A stretch of 62,919 nucleotides of DNA, filler included, from Octopus bimaculoides (Eukaryota), in the NCBI RefSeq assembly GCF_001194135.2. It is 4 parts of 3 records of this genome, joined end to end, with 100 filler letters (N's around TTAATTAATTAA, not from the genome) between each part and the next. Parts side by side here need not be neighbours in the genome. Positions count along the whole stretch, not along the records: positions 1 to 20,243 come from NC_068983.1; positions 20,344 to 31,154 come from NC_069005.1; 2 more parts are not named here. One strand, written 5' to 3'. Positions within the stretch are counted from its first letter, which is position 1; every line of letters starts with the position of its first letter. Made by a program: the position numbers and the translations under genes. The notes beneath the pieces are model-generated. The model had not been told where the DNA came from. It saw only the letters and a program-made list of their open reading frames with translations, and ran no database searches. Shown piece after piece: positions 11,939 to 25,998 of this stretch.

Positions 11939-14422
11939 ATAACCCAGAAATATTGTATGCTTTTAGCACTGCTGAGTAAAATACTTAATAAGCACATTGA
12001 AAGAGATGGGGCTAAATTCCTGTCCTATTAGGACTGGTCTGAGGTTAAATGGCAACATCTCTACGCAGTCGCTGAAACTTTTAGAAATAACAATCAAATC
12101 TCCTTCGAATCCTATTGCACAGTCTTTAAATTAAAATGAATTGTTGGATAGAGGAGCATTATATACACACAGCCAAGAGAACTGGATGAAGAAAAGCTAT
12201 TCTCCTGATCTTTTACAGGGCTTCCGAAACTGGCAAGAGAATGGAAGAATGATAAATCGAAACTTCAGAAGGGAAACCTTATCTAAACTGTTGCTTCAGA
12301 GTGCACTAAAGGACGCAAGGACTAGGGATTAGTGTTAAACCAGATGATAGATTGAGGTTACCATTCCACGTCAGTTATAATGTATTCAACGCACTTCTAT
12401 ACAGTTTCGGTTGATCGGAAGCTCTGATATAAGACATCTACTGAAGGTATCGCTCTGAGGAATCGAACCTGGATCTCTGAGATCAAGAAGGCAACTTCTC
12501 AATAACACTCAGCTACACGTACACTCGAGTTAGCACATATAAACAAATATGGAGATAAATTTTTAAGACAAAACCGAATTCCTTGTTCAAAGATGATAGC
12601 AGTTAGCATTAACAACGGCGAAATTTTGTTTTGAATGAAGTTTGAAACCAGACAGAAGAAGTGATCCAATTATATATTGACCTTTCACAGACTGGTGGGT
12701 GTCGAGTTAAAGAGAAATATAAAACTTTAAAAAATGTATAACATTACGTACAAAACCTTACGTACACATACAAGCACAATTGTATATATATATATATATA
12801 CTTAGTATGGCTTTAATCTAAATAACAATGATAACTAATAATATTTAACATTTATATTTCTTTTTATTAAGTGATGCAAACAAAGGTCAGCTTCCGTTGT
12901 AGCTGTACTAACATGAAGGGAACCTTAATGTGGTTGGTAGAAATAGCAACCAAATTTGTCTCCTCATCATAAAAAAAGGGAAAAGACACATGTGATAATG
13001 TGATTGATACATTGTCTGCACGAAAAAGAAAACGTGGTCCCACCTGGAATAGTTTATCAAATAGTCTCACCTGGGTCTAAATAATAATAAAAAACAATAA
13101 CATAAACAACTGCAGTAAATCAAGTATTCCAACACTCTAGTATCTGTGCCAATATCCATCAACAATGCTTGAAACAGCAGTCAAATCCCTCGAATCGCAC
13201 AACTCTCTCATCTTCATTAAAAAAGAGAAAGATATATTGGATGCGGTGCTAAGCATGTTGTGTCTCAAAAGAAAGAAATATCATGGTCACAACTGGATTG
13301 GCTTTGATCGCAGTACTGAGGTCTCACCTGGGTCTAAACAACAGCAACAACAAGCTCCCCTTGTGCTAGCACCAACATACATCTTGCGGGAGGAGGATTA
13401 TTTGGCATACTATAAAATCATTTGGCACACTGACTTACTATTGTGTTATTTTCCTTTTAATCTGATATAGTTTATGGTTTTCTTACCAGTCCCCAGAGAT
13501 ACATTGTTTGTCTGCTATATACAGAATGGAACTGAATGTTTCTGGCCCCTAGAGACAGACATTTGCTTGCAAGAAAATGATATATAATATGTGCGTGTCT
13601 CATATGTGTATTAATATATATGTATGTGTGTGTGCGTGATTGTGTGTGTGTATACATATGTTTTTATGCTTGTATATTATGTACGTGTGCGTATGAGCGC
13701 GTGTCTGCATCTTCTTTATGTATGGATAAAATGATATATATANNNNNNNNNNNNNNNNNNNNNNNNNNNNNNNNNNNNNNNNNNNNNNNNNNNNNNNNNN
13801 NNNNNNNNNNNNNNNNNNNNNNNNNNNNNNNNNNNNNNNNNNNNNNNNNNNNNNNNNNNNNNNNNNNNNNNNNNNNNNNNNNNNNNNNNNNNNNNNNNNN
13901 NNNNNNNNNNNNNNNNNNNNNNNNNNNNNNNNNNNNNNNNNNNNNNNNNNNNNNNNNNNNNNNNNNNNNNNNNNNNNNNNNNNNNNNNNNNNNNNNNNNN
14001 NNNNNNNNNNNNNNNNNNNNNNNNNNNNNNNNNNNNNNNNNNNNNNNNNNNNNNNNNNNNNNNNNNNNNNNNNNNNNNNNNNNNNNNNNNNNNNNNNNNN
14101 NNNNNNNNNNNNNNNNNNNNNNNNNNNNNNNNNNNNNNNNNNNNNNNNNNNNNNNNNNNNNNNNNNNNNNNNNNNNNNNNNNNNNNNNNNNNNNNNNNNN
14201 NNNNNNNNNNNNNNNNNNNNNNNNNNNNNNNNNNNNNNNNNNNNNNNNNNNNNNNNNNNNNNNNNNNNNNNNNNNNNNNNNNNNNNNNNNNNNNNNNNNN
14301 NNNNNNNNNNNNNNNNNNNNNNNNNNNNNNNNNNNNNNNNNNNNNNNNNNNNNNNNNNNNNNNNNNNNNNNNNNNNNNNNNNNNNNNNNNNNNNNNNNNN
14401 NNNNNNNNNNNNNNNNNNNNNN

Positions 14423-14760
14423 CGATTCCCAGACCGGGCGTTGTGAGTGTTTATTGAGCGAAAACACCTAAAGCTCCACGCGGCTCCGGCAGGGGATGGT
14501 GGCGAACCCTGCTGTGCTCTTCCACCACAACTTTCTCTCACTCTGACTTCCTGTTTCTGTTGTGCCTGTAATTCAAAGGGTCAGCCTTGTCACACTGTGT
14601 CACGCTGAATATCCCCGAGAACTACGTTAAGGGTACACGTGTCTGTGGAGTGCTCAGTCACTTGCACGTTAATTTCACGAGCAGGCTGTTCCGTTGATCG
14701 GATCAACTGGAACCCTCGACGTCGTAAGCAACGGAGTGCCAACAAAAAACAACAAACATA
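14423..14760 (+). mobile_element. SINE with head F and an alternative tail
   Basis: CGATTCCCAGACC...TTTATTGAGCGAAAACA...AAAGCTCCACG shared with the 6272 copy, then a different 3' half ending in AAC/A-rich sequence. 5' end is in the gap. Confidence 0.7.
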
Positions 14761-15523
14761 ATTAACATGGCTTGAAGAAGGATGTGCCATGCCATGTCTA
14801 TTTACTCTACATGAGTTCATTAGCAGTCCACATAAATTATGTACTTGTGACTCATTAGGTTAGAAAGAAATTCACCTCAAATAGTAACACCATATGATTC
14901 GTAAACACCAATTATTTCATTTCTAATTTCTCAAAATCCACTTTCTATTTCAGGCTTCAGGTTTCCCTGGTACTTAAAAAGTTTCGCTATTTTCGCTTAC
15001 CTTTTCTTCAGTCTTCTGAATTCTGACAGCTTAAACTGCACTTCGTTGTCATCACTGTTTAAATATGGCTAAAATTGTTTTTTTTTCTTTTTAAAACAAG
15101 ACAAAGAATTTTATTAACTATTTTATTTTTGGTACCATTTCATTTAATTCATTAAAAAGAAAATACAATTGCTTGTGAACATTATTGCTTTTTTTTTTCT
15201 CATAAAACATAAGAAAAGGCGTTATATTAATGTTTTGAAACTAGAAAACAACTATCCCAGACTCTCCGTACAAACAATTGTTAAAACGATAAAAATACAT
15301 TCTCTTTATAATTCCAGTAAATAACAGTTCTTTAGAATTAATGCGATGTGAGGAAAAAATGCAGAAGCAATATAGAACATAACTTACATTAAAAAATACA
15401 TGCGGGAGTAATGTGTTCCCGAGAGTTTACCGTAAAGTGAAATCCCGCGACGCGAAATTAGCTTTCCTATCGATTTTCATGGTATAAAATGATGATGCTT
15501 TCCGACAAATATGTTCGAAAAGA

Positions 15524-15568
<45 letters not shown>

Positions 15569-16079
15569 GAGAGAGAGAGAGAGAGAGAGAAGAAAGCAAG
15601 AAATAAAAAAAAGTATAAAGAAAAGAGAAAAAAAGCAACATGATCACTCTTTTAAGCATGAAAATAACACACAGTACAATATGTATACATAAAGATATTT
15701 CAAGTGAAATATATTAGAATCGTCATATCCTAGTAGGATATGTACTTACCACAAAAGATGTTGACTACTGTCTGAGGGGTAGTGATGGATATGAGTTACT
15801 TGGAGGATGAGGGACGCTATCTTCTATCTTATAATCAACAACTACTTGAGAGGCGAAGAACTTATTAGCATCAGGAAACAACTGTTTTGTGAGAGCAAAA
15901 ATTGTTGCCATATTCCTATGTGTGCAAGAATGGAAATGAGAAGATGGAAAGGTAAAGGAGTGAGGTGGGAGGAAGTATTGTAAGATTACAGTTAGTTTAA
16001 AAGTTACCAAGTTCATGGGCATTTCGACCCATGTACCTCTGACTTAAACCATTAACATTTCGCACATATACACACGCAA

Positions 16080-16174
16080 GAAGGACTGTGTGATAAGAAG
16101 CTTGCTTCCCAACCACATGGTTCCGGGATCAGTCCCACTGCGTGGAACCTTGGACAGGTGTCTTCCACTAATGC

Positions 16175-16221
<47 letters not shown>

Positions 16222-16741
16222 NNNNNNNNNNNNNNNNNNNNNNNNNNNNNNNNNNNNNNNNNNNNNNNNNNNNNNNNNNNNNNNNNNNNNNNNNNNNNNN
16301 NNNNNNNNNNNNNNNNNNNNNNNNNNNNNNNNNNNNNNNNNNNNNNNNNNNNNNNNNNNNNNNNNNNNNNNNNNNNNNNNNNNNNNNNNNNNNNNNNNNN
16401 NNNNNNNNNNNNNNNNNNNNNNNNNNNNNNNNNNNNNNNNNNNNNNNNNNNNNNNNNNNNNNNNNNNNNNNNNNNNNNNNNNNNNNNNNNNNNNNNNNNN
16501 NNNNNNNNNNNNNNNNNNNNNNNNNNNNNNNNNNNNNNNNNNNNNNNNNNNNNNNNNNNNNNNNNNNNNNNNNNNNNNNNNNNNNNNNNNNNNNNNNNNN
16601 NNNNNNNNNNNNNNNNNNNNNNNNNNNNNNNNNNNNTAGGCTTACAAAGAATAAGTCCTGCTGTCGATTTGTTCGACTAAAGGCGATGCTCCAGCTTGGC
16701 CACAGACAAATGACTGAAACAAGTAAAAGAATAAAAGAATA
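16080..16741 (+). mobile_element. Family B SINE spanning an N gap
   Basis: Head left of the gap, tail TAGGCTTACAAAGAATAAGTCC...AAGTAAAAGAATAAAAGAAT right of it. Similar arrangement at 25522-25965. Confidence 0.65.
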
Positions 16742-19366
16742 TTCGAGCGCGCTATGTTGACATACCACATATGTAGCTACAGACATTGCTACCATATACT
16801 GATGCTATGATTGCTATTGCCAGTTGATTGCTCAAATTTGCTTGGTTGGTATGTTTTTGGTGGTGGTGTTGGATGTTTGGTTTTGGTATAATGATAGATA
16901 GCGGCTGTAGCAAATGTTGATATATAGATATATATACATGTGTGTGTTTATGTGTGTGTGTAGTTAGATAGATAGATAGATAGATAGATAAATAGGTAGA
17001 TAGATAGATAGATAGATAGATATTCACTGTAACTCAAGAAAATACACGCAAATATTCACAGTATAAAATTCCACCTCATACTCCATGAACGCTTATAATG
17101 TTGCACGCACAAATACTTGTACGCGTGTGTATGGATCGTGATTATAATTTTTTCAAATTGTTACCTACTTCGATCGGCCTTTTATAAATGTGGCTTTGAA
17201 ATTCTCGATATTTATCCAAGTTTCCGTGAAAGTAAAATTAACTGCATCCCGAATTTAGTGCTCATACTTTATCAGTGGCAGCTCGTGCATAGGCACTGCG
17301 GAACTGCAGCAACCCCTGTTTCCACTTGATATTATCGATAACATTTAATGTAATGTGTCCTTTTTTTCTTTAATTCTTTTTTTATACTTGTACATTACAT
17401 AATCCTTAAGCTTAATATCAGTAGCCATCCCCTAGTCTATGAAAAAAATACAAAACCCTTGTGTAGAACTGTGCGCTTCACAGTTCCAGTGACGCGGTAT
17501 TTGGCTGTTGTGCACATGATCATATGTCCGAGATAAGAAGCTTCACGCTAGGGAGAGAGAGCACTGTCGTTCACGTTGTACCGGTAAAAGGTAGTGTTTC
17601 TTCTTCGCGTGTGTTGTACTTATAAGCGTGTTTATATTCTTGAATGTGATAAAGTGTAGAATTAAATTATTATCCTGCTTCCAGCTTCAGTGTTGCTACC
17701 AGGATTTGAAAAATAGGGCAGATCCCCCCCCCCCTTATTTTGTGATTTAAGGGGTGGGATTTTTGAAAAACAAGGGGTAATTCGCGGTGGTGTTCAGTGA
17801 ACAAACGAAATACTCTACACGGCAGTGGCTAAAACGCGAACCGATTAAGTTTATATATAAATATTCTTTTTATATGTTTGTTTTCTTTTACACAATATTA
17901 AAACAACGGCTAAAAATTTTCTGAAGCAGCACCCCAACTAATTCTATCTACAAGCCGCCACCGTACTTTTATAATTCTAATAAGTGCAAAATCACGTAAA
18001 CTGAAGTAGCCGTAACGGGAGATGCCTGTATTTAGTTATTTGAATTGTTGCGTCATGAAATACTGGATGTTTAGATTCGCTTTGTCTGCATTCCTGGCGA
18101 AAACATCTGTTAACAGTCTCCTTCACATCCAGATCTTCTCTAATTGTAGCTGAAGCATATAACGTGGGTGCAAAATAAAAAAAAACGCAGTNNNNNNNNN
18201 NAGTATTTTTTTTTTTTTTTTTGCACTGAAAAAAAAAAAAAGACGGAGACGAAAACATTGTATGTAACTAATAATCGACAAACTTCTCAACTGACCAACA
18301 TTAACAAGCGTCCAAGTTATGCTCACTAAATTTTCTGCAATAATCAGTAATCTTGTATACGTTCATCTACGTTATAAATTCATATGAAACGCATTTGTAA
18401 CAAGAAGCAAAATCCCAGTAGAGACAAGTGATGATAATTAGAGATGACAGTAAACGGTGACAGCAAAAGAAGACATAGAGTGCGTTAATATGACAGAAAT
18501 GCATTCATTAAATGGCTCGTTGGACATGTGGATTTATCAACGAGATGGTTTCAAAATCAATAATGATTTCGAATACATATTACCCTGGAGCTGTATTTCT
18601 CTCGTGAAACTGTCTTAGTGACCAGATTGCAGTTGAGCAACGAAATTTTGGCAATAGAAATTAATGCAAACTAAATTAAAAGATTTTGTTGGGCTTTAAA
18701 TAGCTGATAAGGCTGTTCAACAATGTAATTCATGATTTTAGTTTTTTTACTTGTTTCACTCAAGGGACTGCGGCCATGCTGGGACATCGTCTAGAAATGT
18801 TTAGTTGAGCAAATCGCCTCCAGTACATTTTTTTTAAAAGTCCGATGCTCATTCTATTGGTTCTTTTGCAGAAACTTAAACTAGGCAACATCAATTGTCG
18901 AGCTTTGGTGGAGGACAAACGCACATACATACATTAATCACACACACACATACACACACACACGCACACTCACACACACACACATACACACACACACGCA
19001 CACTCACACACACACANNNNNNNNNNACGCACACACACACACTCACACACACACACGCACACACATATTTATATACACACAATGTGTTCCTTTTAGTTTC
19101 CGTCAACCAAATCCACTCAAATCGGCCCAAGGCTATAGTAAAAGACACCTGATCGGTCCGAAGCTATAAGTAAAAGACACCTGTCCAAGGTGCCATGCAG
19201 TGACACTGAACTCGAAACAATATAGTTGGGAAGCAAACTTCTTACCACATAATCACTTATTTGATTTAATTATTGTAATATTTATGAAAATTATCTTTGA
19301 TTGAATTCATCTTGTATATATTTTTGTCTAAGACTAGATTTAAAATGCTTATACACTCATCCACCC

Positions 19367-19418
<52 letters not shown>

Positions 19419-20512
19419 GTCTGTCTGTCTGTCTGTCTATTCATCTATCTACCTACCTACTTATCTTTTCTCCCTTTTCGTCTCTCTCTCTCTCTCGACG
19501 CACATACATATATACGTATATATTTGTATATAATTTACACACACTTGTGTATAAATATATAATTACTCATATGTGTATATATTTATGTATATGCATATGT
19601 ATATATGTGTGTACACACACGCGCGCGCATACTCATATACATACACAGATATATAAAAATAAGTCTGTCTGTAAAATATGGTTATTCCTTAAATAATCTG
19701 AGACTCAGAGGAAAGTCAGCGTTCTCACTTTTCAGAGGAAACAAAGAAGCGGAAGTTGACCTCTGTAATTTGTCTTCCTACAGGGGACGTTCTCTTAGGA
19801 GGCTCTAGGATAGAAAATAAAAGTCTATTCTCGGATATAAACAGAAATACATGACTTTTATACTGGTGAATTGGAATCAGTACCTAAACTATATTGGTTA
19901 TTGTAACAGTCGGTGAGGTTAATGGTTTTTGTGGCATTACATTTGACAGATTAATATGAACACTAAAGATGTTTTTAAGTGAATTGTTTTCTTACACACA
20001 CACATAACACGTCCTCATCGGTTGGGACTACACGTGTGTTACTTTGGCATCATCATTTCATAAAATTTGTTTATGGGGAGAAAAATATTGAAAAATATCA
20101 ATAGATGTGTGAGGGAGAAAGGAACGAAGAGGGAGGTTTTGCGATGTGCTAGAAACAATAGCCAGATCTCCCTTAGATAACACATTTCCCTCAGAAATTA
20201 TTAACAGTTTTTTTTTTTAAACCGAAAATGTTTCTCTCACAGGNNNNNNNNNNNNNNNNNNNNNNNNNNNNNNNNNNNNNNNNNNNNTTAATTAATTAAN
20301 NNNNNNNNNNNNNNNNNNNNNNNNNNNNNNNNNNNNNNNNNNNTCCCCTCTCCATTCTCCTCCCCTTCTCCACTCTCCCTCCTTTCCTCTCTTTCCTCTC
20401 TCTCCTCTCACCAGACTTAATAGTTGCATCCCCACCCACCCCCTACATTACTATAAGTTACCTGTAGATAAAAATGAAGCAGCCAGGTGCAGGCAGGGTT
20501 GTGGGGGTAGAG

Positions 20513-20860
20513 TAACTCTGGCATTTAAACCAAACTCTATCTGGCCCAAGTATTTCACCTGTTCTATGTTCAAACAAGCCGTATCTGGCCTCTCACACTT
20601 ATCCTACAGTGCCATTCTAAAAGTAAACAATCACATCAGCAAAATCTCAAAGTCACAAGATAATGCAGGATTAATTCGAAACAATGGAAATAAATAAGAA
20701 TTACTTTTGATGGAATAATCTCAGGCCCAGATATTCTATATGTTTTATGTTCAGATTGGCCAGATCCAGCCTCTCACACCTACTCTACGTTGTCGTTCTA
20801 AATATAGTGACATTAACAAAATCTTGAAGCTATAAGATGATAATGCCGGATTAACTCATT
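20513..20860. mobile_element. Two decayed tandem copies of the piggyBac-like MITE family
   Basis: Both contain CCTCTCACAC(T/C)TA...ATCT(C/T)(A/G)AAG...GATAATGC, the reverse complement of the family body. Confidence 0.5.
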
Positions 20861-21326
20861 TATGTGCATGCACACATACACACATAGATGTGTGTATATA
20901 TTCACACACATATATCATTGTTTTAATGTCTGCTATTCAAATGGAATTGGTTGAGTCAGATTTTCTACAGCTGGGTGCTTCTCCTGTCACAAACACTCAG
21001 CTTTTTCCAATCCAAGCAATATTCTCCCCCATGGCTGGAGATTGTTTTCAACGAAGATTGGAAATAAACATTGTGTCTCCTTGCCATCATCATCATCATC
21101 ATCATCGTTTAACGTCTGCTTTCCATGCTAGTATGAGTTGGACGATTTGACGGAGGACTGGTGAACCGGATGGCTGCACCAGGCTCCAATCTGATATGGC
21201 AGAGTTTCAGATTGGAGCCTGGTGTAGCCCATTTAAATAATTGTAAAACAAGCATCACTCTCGTACAGACATAACCCTCTCCCTATGTATGTGTGTGTGT
21301 TTGTGATTATCACTGTCTGAACTAGA

Positions 21327-22027
21327 CAAGTAATTCTCAACCAGTGTCCATTTGGTCCATATCAGGTCTTTTGTGGGGGCGGTCCATGCAAGAAAATAGT
21401 AAATTGGGGGCCACAATAGTATTTTAAGGGCCCCTGAAAAGATTTTGCTTTAGATGTATGTATTGCAAGAAACAGCTAGGTTTCTTTCTCTAACATTTTA
21501 CGTAGTTTAACTTGCACAAGTTAATGTGTGAAAAACGAAATAGGAATTTTGAAAGAAACTTCTACAAAACTAGTTTTCAAACATTGAATGGCTGTGGCGG
21601 GGTCCACCAGAATGAAATAGTAATCAAAGGGGCCCATTGGTAAAAAAAAAGAAAATAGTTAAGAACCCGTGATTAGTGGTTCTGATTGGAATCCATATTA
21701 CCCCTGAGAGTCCATATAAAAATCTTTCAGGGGTCCAACACAACAAAATAGTAAATTGGGGATCCACAATGATATTTTAATGGCCCCTGAAAAGATTTTG
21801 CTTTAGATGTATGTATTGGTATGTATTGCAAGAAACAGCTGGGTTTCTTTCTCTCTAACATTTTACAAAGTTCAACCTACACAAGTGAATGCCTGAAAAA
21901 CACAATAGGAATTTTAAAAGAAGTTTCTATAAAACTAATTTGCAAACATTGAATGACTGTGGGGGGTCCACCAGAGTAAGATAGTAATGAAAGGGCTCCA
22001 GAGATAACAAATGGTTGAGAACACCTG
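21327..22027 (+). mobile_element. Head-to-tail dimer of an hAT-type MITE
   Basis: Two ~345-bp homologous units (21327-21671, 21674-22027) with termini like CAGTGGTTCTCAACC / GGTTGAGAACACCTG. Outer flanks are both GAACTAGA (hAT-like 8-bp TSD with CTAG core). Confidence 0.78.
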
Positions 22028-22509
22028 AACTAGATTACCAGGTGTCTCATACACTGCTGGTCATAGTGCACTTCCTTGTTGTAGCCTTTAAATGATGGTC
22101 ATCCTTCTGGCTAAGTGGACAGGCCAGCTTTTCCCCCTGAATGGAATACCAGTCCATTGCAGGGACTCATTTACAGCTGAGTGGACTGAGCAATGTGAAA
22201 TGAAGTGTTTTTGCTCAAGAACACAACACATCACCCGGTCCAGGAATCAAAACCACAATCTTACAATCATGGGTCCGATACCCTAATCAGATTCCATCTG
22301 CCAAATTTACTCACAAAGATTTGTGTAGACTGCACCTTAAAAGAAAAGAAAAAAAAAAGAAATTTCAAGGTGCTGTGCAGTGGAACTGAACCTTGAAACT
22401 GTGTGGTTAGAAAGTGAACTTCTTAACCACACAGCCATGCCCCTGCCTCTATGTATTTGATATCTGGTTTTGTTTTGAGCAGATGTGTTTTGTCATCGTT
22501 TTCAAGTAT

Positions 22510-22721
22510 GTTTTGTTCCCTGTATGTCTGTGTGTGTATATGTGCATGTGTATACATATGTATATATGTGTGTATATGTATATATATGCATATGTATATA
22601 TGTGTGTGTATATGTATATATGTGTGTGTGTGTATATATATATGCATATGTATATATCTGTGTATGTACGTGTATGTATATATATGAATATATATATATA
22701 TATATATGTGTATGTATGTGA

Positions 22722-22770
<49 letters not shown>

Positions 22771-23133
22771 TATGTATGTATATATAATTATTTATATATA
22801 TATGCGTATGCATATGTGCGTGTGTGTGTATGTATATATATATATATATATATATATGTTCTGATGCAACACACACACACACACACATACAGTTGCTGCG
22901 AAGTAGGACTTAATAATGATACTGTGTTTCTAAGTGTTTCAGTGTTAGAGCAGGAAAGTAATGATGAGAACAATAATAATAATAATAATAATAATAGTAA
23001 TAGTAATAATAATAATAATAATGAAGCCTCGTTTTGTTCTGCATTACTTTCTTTCATCTTCAGGTCATCCTTAGTGTTGCTACACTTTTACCACCACCAC
23101 CACCACCACCACCACCACTATTTCTATGACTGT

Positions 23134-23167
<34 letters not shown>

Positions 23168-23530
23168 NNNNNNNNNNNNNNNNNNNNNNNNNNNNNNNNN
23201 NNNNNNNNNNNNNNNNNNNNNNNNNNNNNNNNNNNNNNNNNNNNNNNNNNNNNNNNNNNNNNNNNNNNNNNNNNNNNNNNNNNNNNNNNNNNNNNNNNNN
23301 NNNNNNNNNNNNNNNNNNNNNNNNNNNNNNNNNNNNNNNNNNNNNNNNNNNNNNNNNNNNNNNNNNNNNNCACTACAACCAAACACCGTCACTACTATGA
23401 CCAACACTACTGCCCACCACAAACACCACCTTGGTACGACTACAGTTACTACCACTACTATTACCACTCTCACCCCCACCACCACTACCACCACCACCAC
23501 CACCACCACCACCACTATTTCTATGACTGT

Positions 23531-23564
<34 letters not shown>

Positions 23565-23570
23565 CTAGCT
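22510..23570. repeat. (TA)n/(TG)n/(AAT)n/(CAC)n microsatellite field
   Basis: Directly visible. The block CCACCACTATTTCTATGACTGTATTTTTGTGTG occurs on both sides of the gap. Confidence 0.9.
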
Positions 23571-23713
23571 AACCATGTCCTTGACATGCAAGTTAGTGTA
23601 GACACACACACACATATATTCACACATAGGTACTTAAATACATACACACACACACCTATATTCACACATAGGTACTTACACACACACACACATATATGTA
23701 TATTCATACTTAG

Positions 23714-23757
<44 letters not shown>

Positions 23758-24017
23758 ACACACACACACAAAATTTAGTATTAAATAGCCTGAGAACAAA
23801 AAGTTCTTTTTTGTTTTCCTTTTTTCCTGTGAGTGCATCCCATCCTGTTGAATAGCTTGTCTATAGAAAGGAGATAGCAGTGCAGGAGTGTTCCACACAC
23901 ACACACACACATACACATATACATACATAGACGCACACACTGCTTTTATTGTGGATTGTGATGATGCTGCTGCTGCACCTTTTGGAAATATCCCTCCATT
24001 TCAAGAGCATTTATATT

Positions 24018-24725
24018 TCATCATCCTCACCATTTAACGCCCATTTCTCATGCTGGCATGGGTTGGTCAGTTTGACCAAACCTGGCAAGCTAGAGAGAGC
24101 TGTACTAGGTTCCAGTCTGATTTGGCTTGGTTTCTATGGCCAGAGGGCCCTTCCTAATGCCAACCACTTTACAGTGTACAGGGGTGCCTTTTATGTAGAC
24201 CAGCACTAGGGCTCTCGCAAAACAAAATCCTCTTCAGCTGGGAGAAGAGCATTAACAATTGTCCTGTAGTGGGTGGGTCTTCTTGAGTACAACAATATAT
24301 CTTGGTCCTTCATCTCTTTTTGAAGGCTCAGTGTCCTGAGATCAGCCTTCAGTACTTTGTCCTATGTCTTTCTGGATCTCCTTTTTCCACAAGTTCTGTC
24401 CACTTTAAGTGATCCGCACTTCCTTATGCAGCTGTCTACGTCCATCTGCATCACACAACCAAACCAGTGTGATCTTCTCTCTCTTGCACACTGTATCTAA
24501 TTCTTTTTACACCTAACTTTTATCTCCGCACACTAAACACTCTGTTGCACATGTACACTGACATTGCACATCCAGCGAAGCAATACCAGCTTCATTCCTC
24601 TCCAGCCTTCACATGTTCTCTGCATTCAGGACCCACATCTCACTGTAATGCAGTACTGCATCGTCATATGCGCGCATCATGCAATCTTCCTTTCATTCGG
24701 AGAGAGAGCTACCTTTGGCTGCTAA
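24018..24725 (-). mobile_element. 5'-truncated RTE-clade LINE copy (ORF end plus 3'UTR)
   Basis: Decayed RLERNE, ERR.HWFGCVMQMD and SRKT*DKVLKADL motifs, joined to the 3' tail CCAACCCATGCCAGCATG...GTTAAATGGTGAGGATGATGA. Confidence 0.75.
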
Positions 24726-25965
24726 CAGAAATGAAAGCTCTGTGTATTTTCTCTCACACACACATATACACACATGGTGGGCTTCTTTCAGTTTTTTATC
24801 TACCAAATCCATTCACAAGGCTTTGGTCGACCCGGGGCTATAATAGAAGACACTTGCCGAAGGTGCTGCACTGTGAGATTGAACCATAGATAACATGGTT
24901 GGGAAGCAAGCTTCTTATCCATGGAGGTGGGTGGAGTATGATTTGAGCTTTAACTGCTGTTTCGCTGGCTGGTTGATTGCTTAGAAACTCTAACCCCATG
25001 TTTAAACCCTGACAGAACAAAGGTGTGATTGCAGTGACCATTTTGTCTGTTTGTATATCATGGGCCATAGTGAGGTGGGGACAAGGGGTGAGTGTGAGAG
25101 AGAGAGAGGGCATTAGGGTCAGGGGTAGATGGAGTGTATGTGGGCTGGAGGTGAGGGTTGTTATGATAAGAAGAAAGGGAGAGGGTGACAAAGAGGAGAC
25201 AGGGAAAGAAAGTATGTAAGTGGAAGGGGTGTTGGAAAAGGAGGAAAGTCTGTAAGGCTGAATAGGGGTAGAAAGGTCAGCATTTTGATCCAAATAAAGA
25301 CACCTGTGATAAAAAAAAAAAAAAATAATAATAAAAATAAGGGGAGAATTGAGTGTAATTAGAGAGAGATACAGAAGTGTGATTTGACCCAGATATGCCT
25401 TAGTGTGGAGGTGGAGGCTAGTCAGTAGTGGTCAGGAAGTGATGGTGATTGTTTAAAAAGGACTGGGACAGTTCATAATGAAGTCAGTTTAATAATAGTG
25501 AATTAACTTTTTTGTTACTAAGGCACAGGAGCGGCTGTGTGGTAAGTAGCTTGCTTACCAACCACATGGTTCCGGGTTCAGTCCCACTGCATGGCACCTT
25601 GGGCAAGTGTCTTCTACTATAGCCTCAGGCCANNNNNNNNNNNNNNNNNNNNNNNNNNNNNNNNNNNNNNNNNNNNNNNNNNNNNNNNNNNNNNNNNNNN
25701 NNNNNNNNNNNNNNNNNNNNNNNNNNNNNNNNNNNNNNNNNNNNNNNNNNNNNNNNNNNNNNNNNNNNNNNNNNNNNNNNNNNNNNNNNNNNNNNNNNNN
25801 NNNNNNNNNNNNNNNNNNNNNNNNNNNNNNNNNNNNNNNNNNNNNNNNNNNNNNNNNNNNNNNNNNNNNNNNNNNNNNNNNNNNNNNNNNNNNNNNNNNN
25901 NNNNNNNNNNNNNNNNNNNNNNNNNNNNNNNNNNNNNATGACTGAAACAAATAAAAGAAAAAAGA

Positions 25966-25998
<33 letters not shown>

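Noticed and set aside
12867-13470. ORFs 12867-13070 and 13165-13470
   Set aside because: No recognisable domain. The shared TCTCACCTGGGTCTAAA followed by (AAT/AAC)n looks like repeated retroelement tails.
17462-17819. Possible solo LTR (TGTAGA...TCTACA)
   Set aside because: The flanks do not form a TSD and there is no second copy or PBS.
17990-18400. Possible very old mariner remnant (IREDLDVKETVNRCF)
   Set aside because: Only one weak motif and no TIR identified.
23090-23570. Duplicated CCACCACTATTTCTATGACTGTATTTTTGTGTG block on both sides of a gap
   Set aside because: It cannot be told apart from an overlap artefact at contig ends.
24930-25300. Possible decayed Penelope fragment or SNRNP40 exon after the acceptor-like ttttatcacag at about 25302
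   Set aside because: No frame gives U5-40K residues, and the Penelope similarity is too weak to call.
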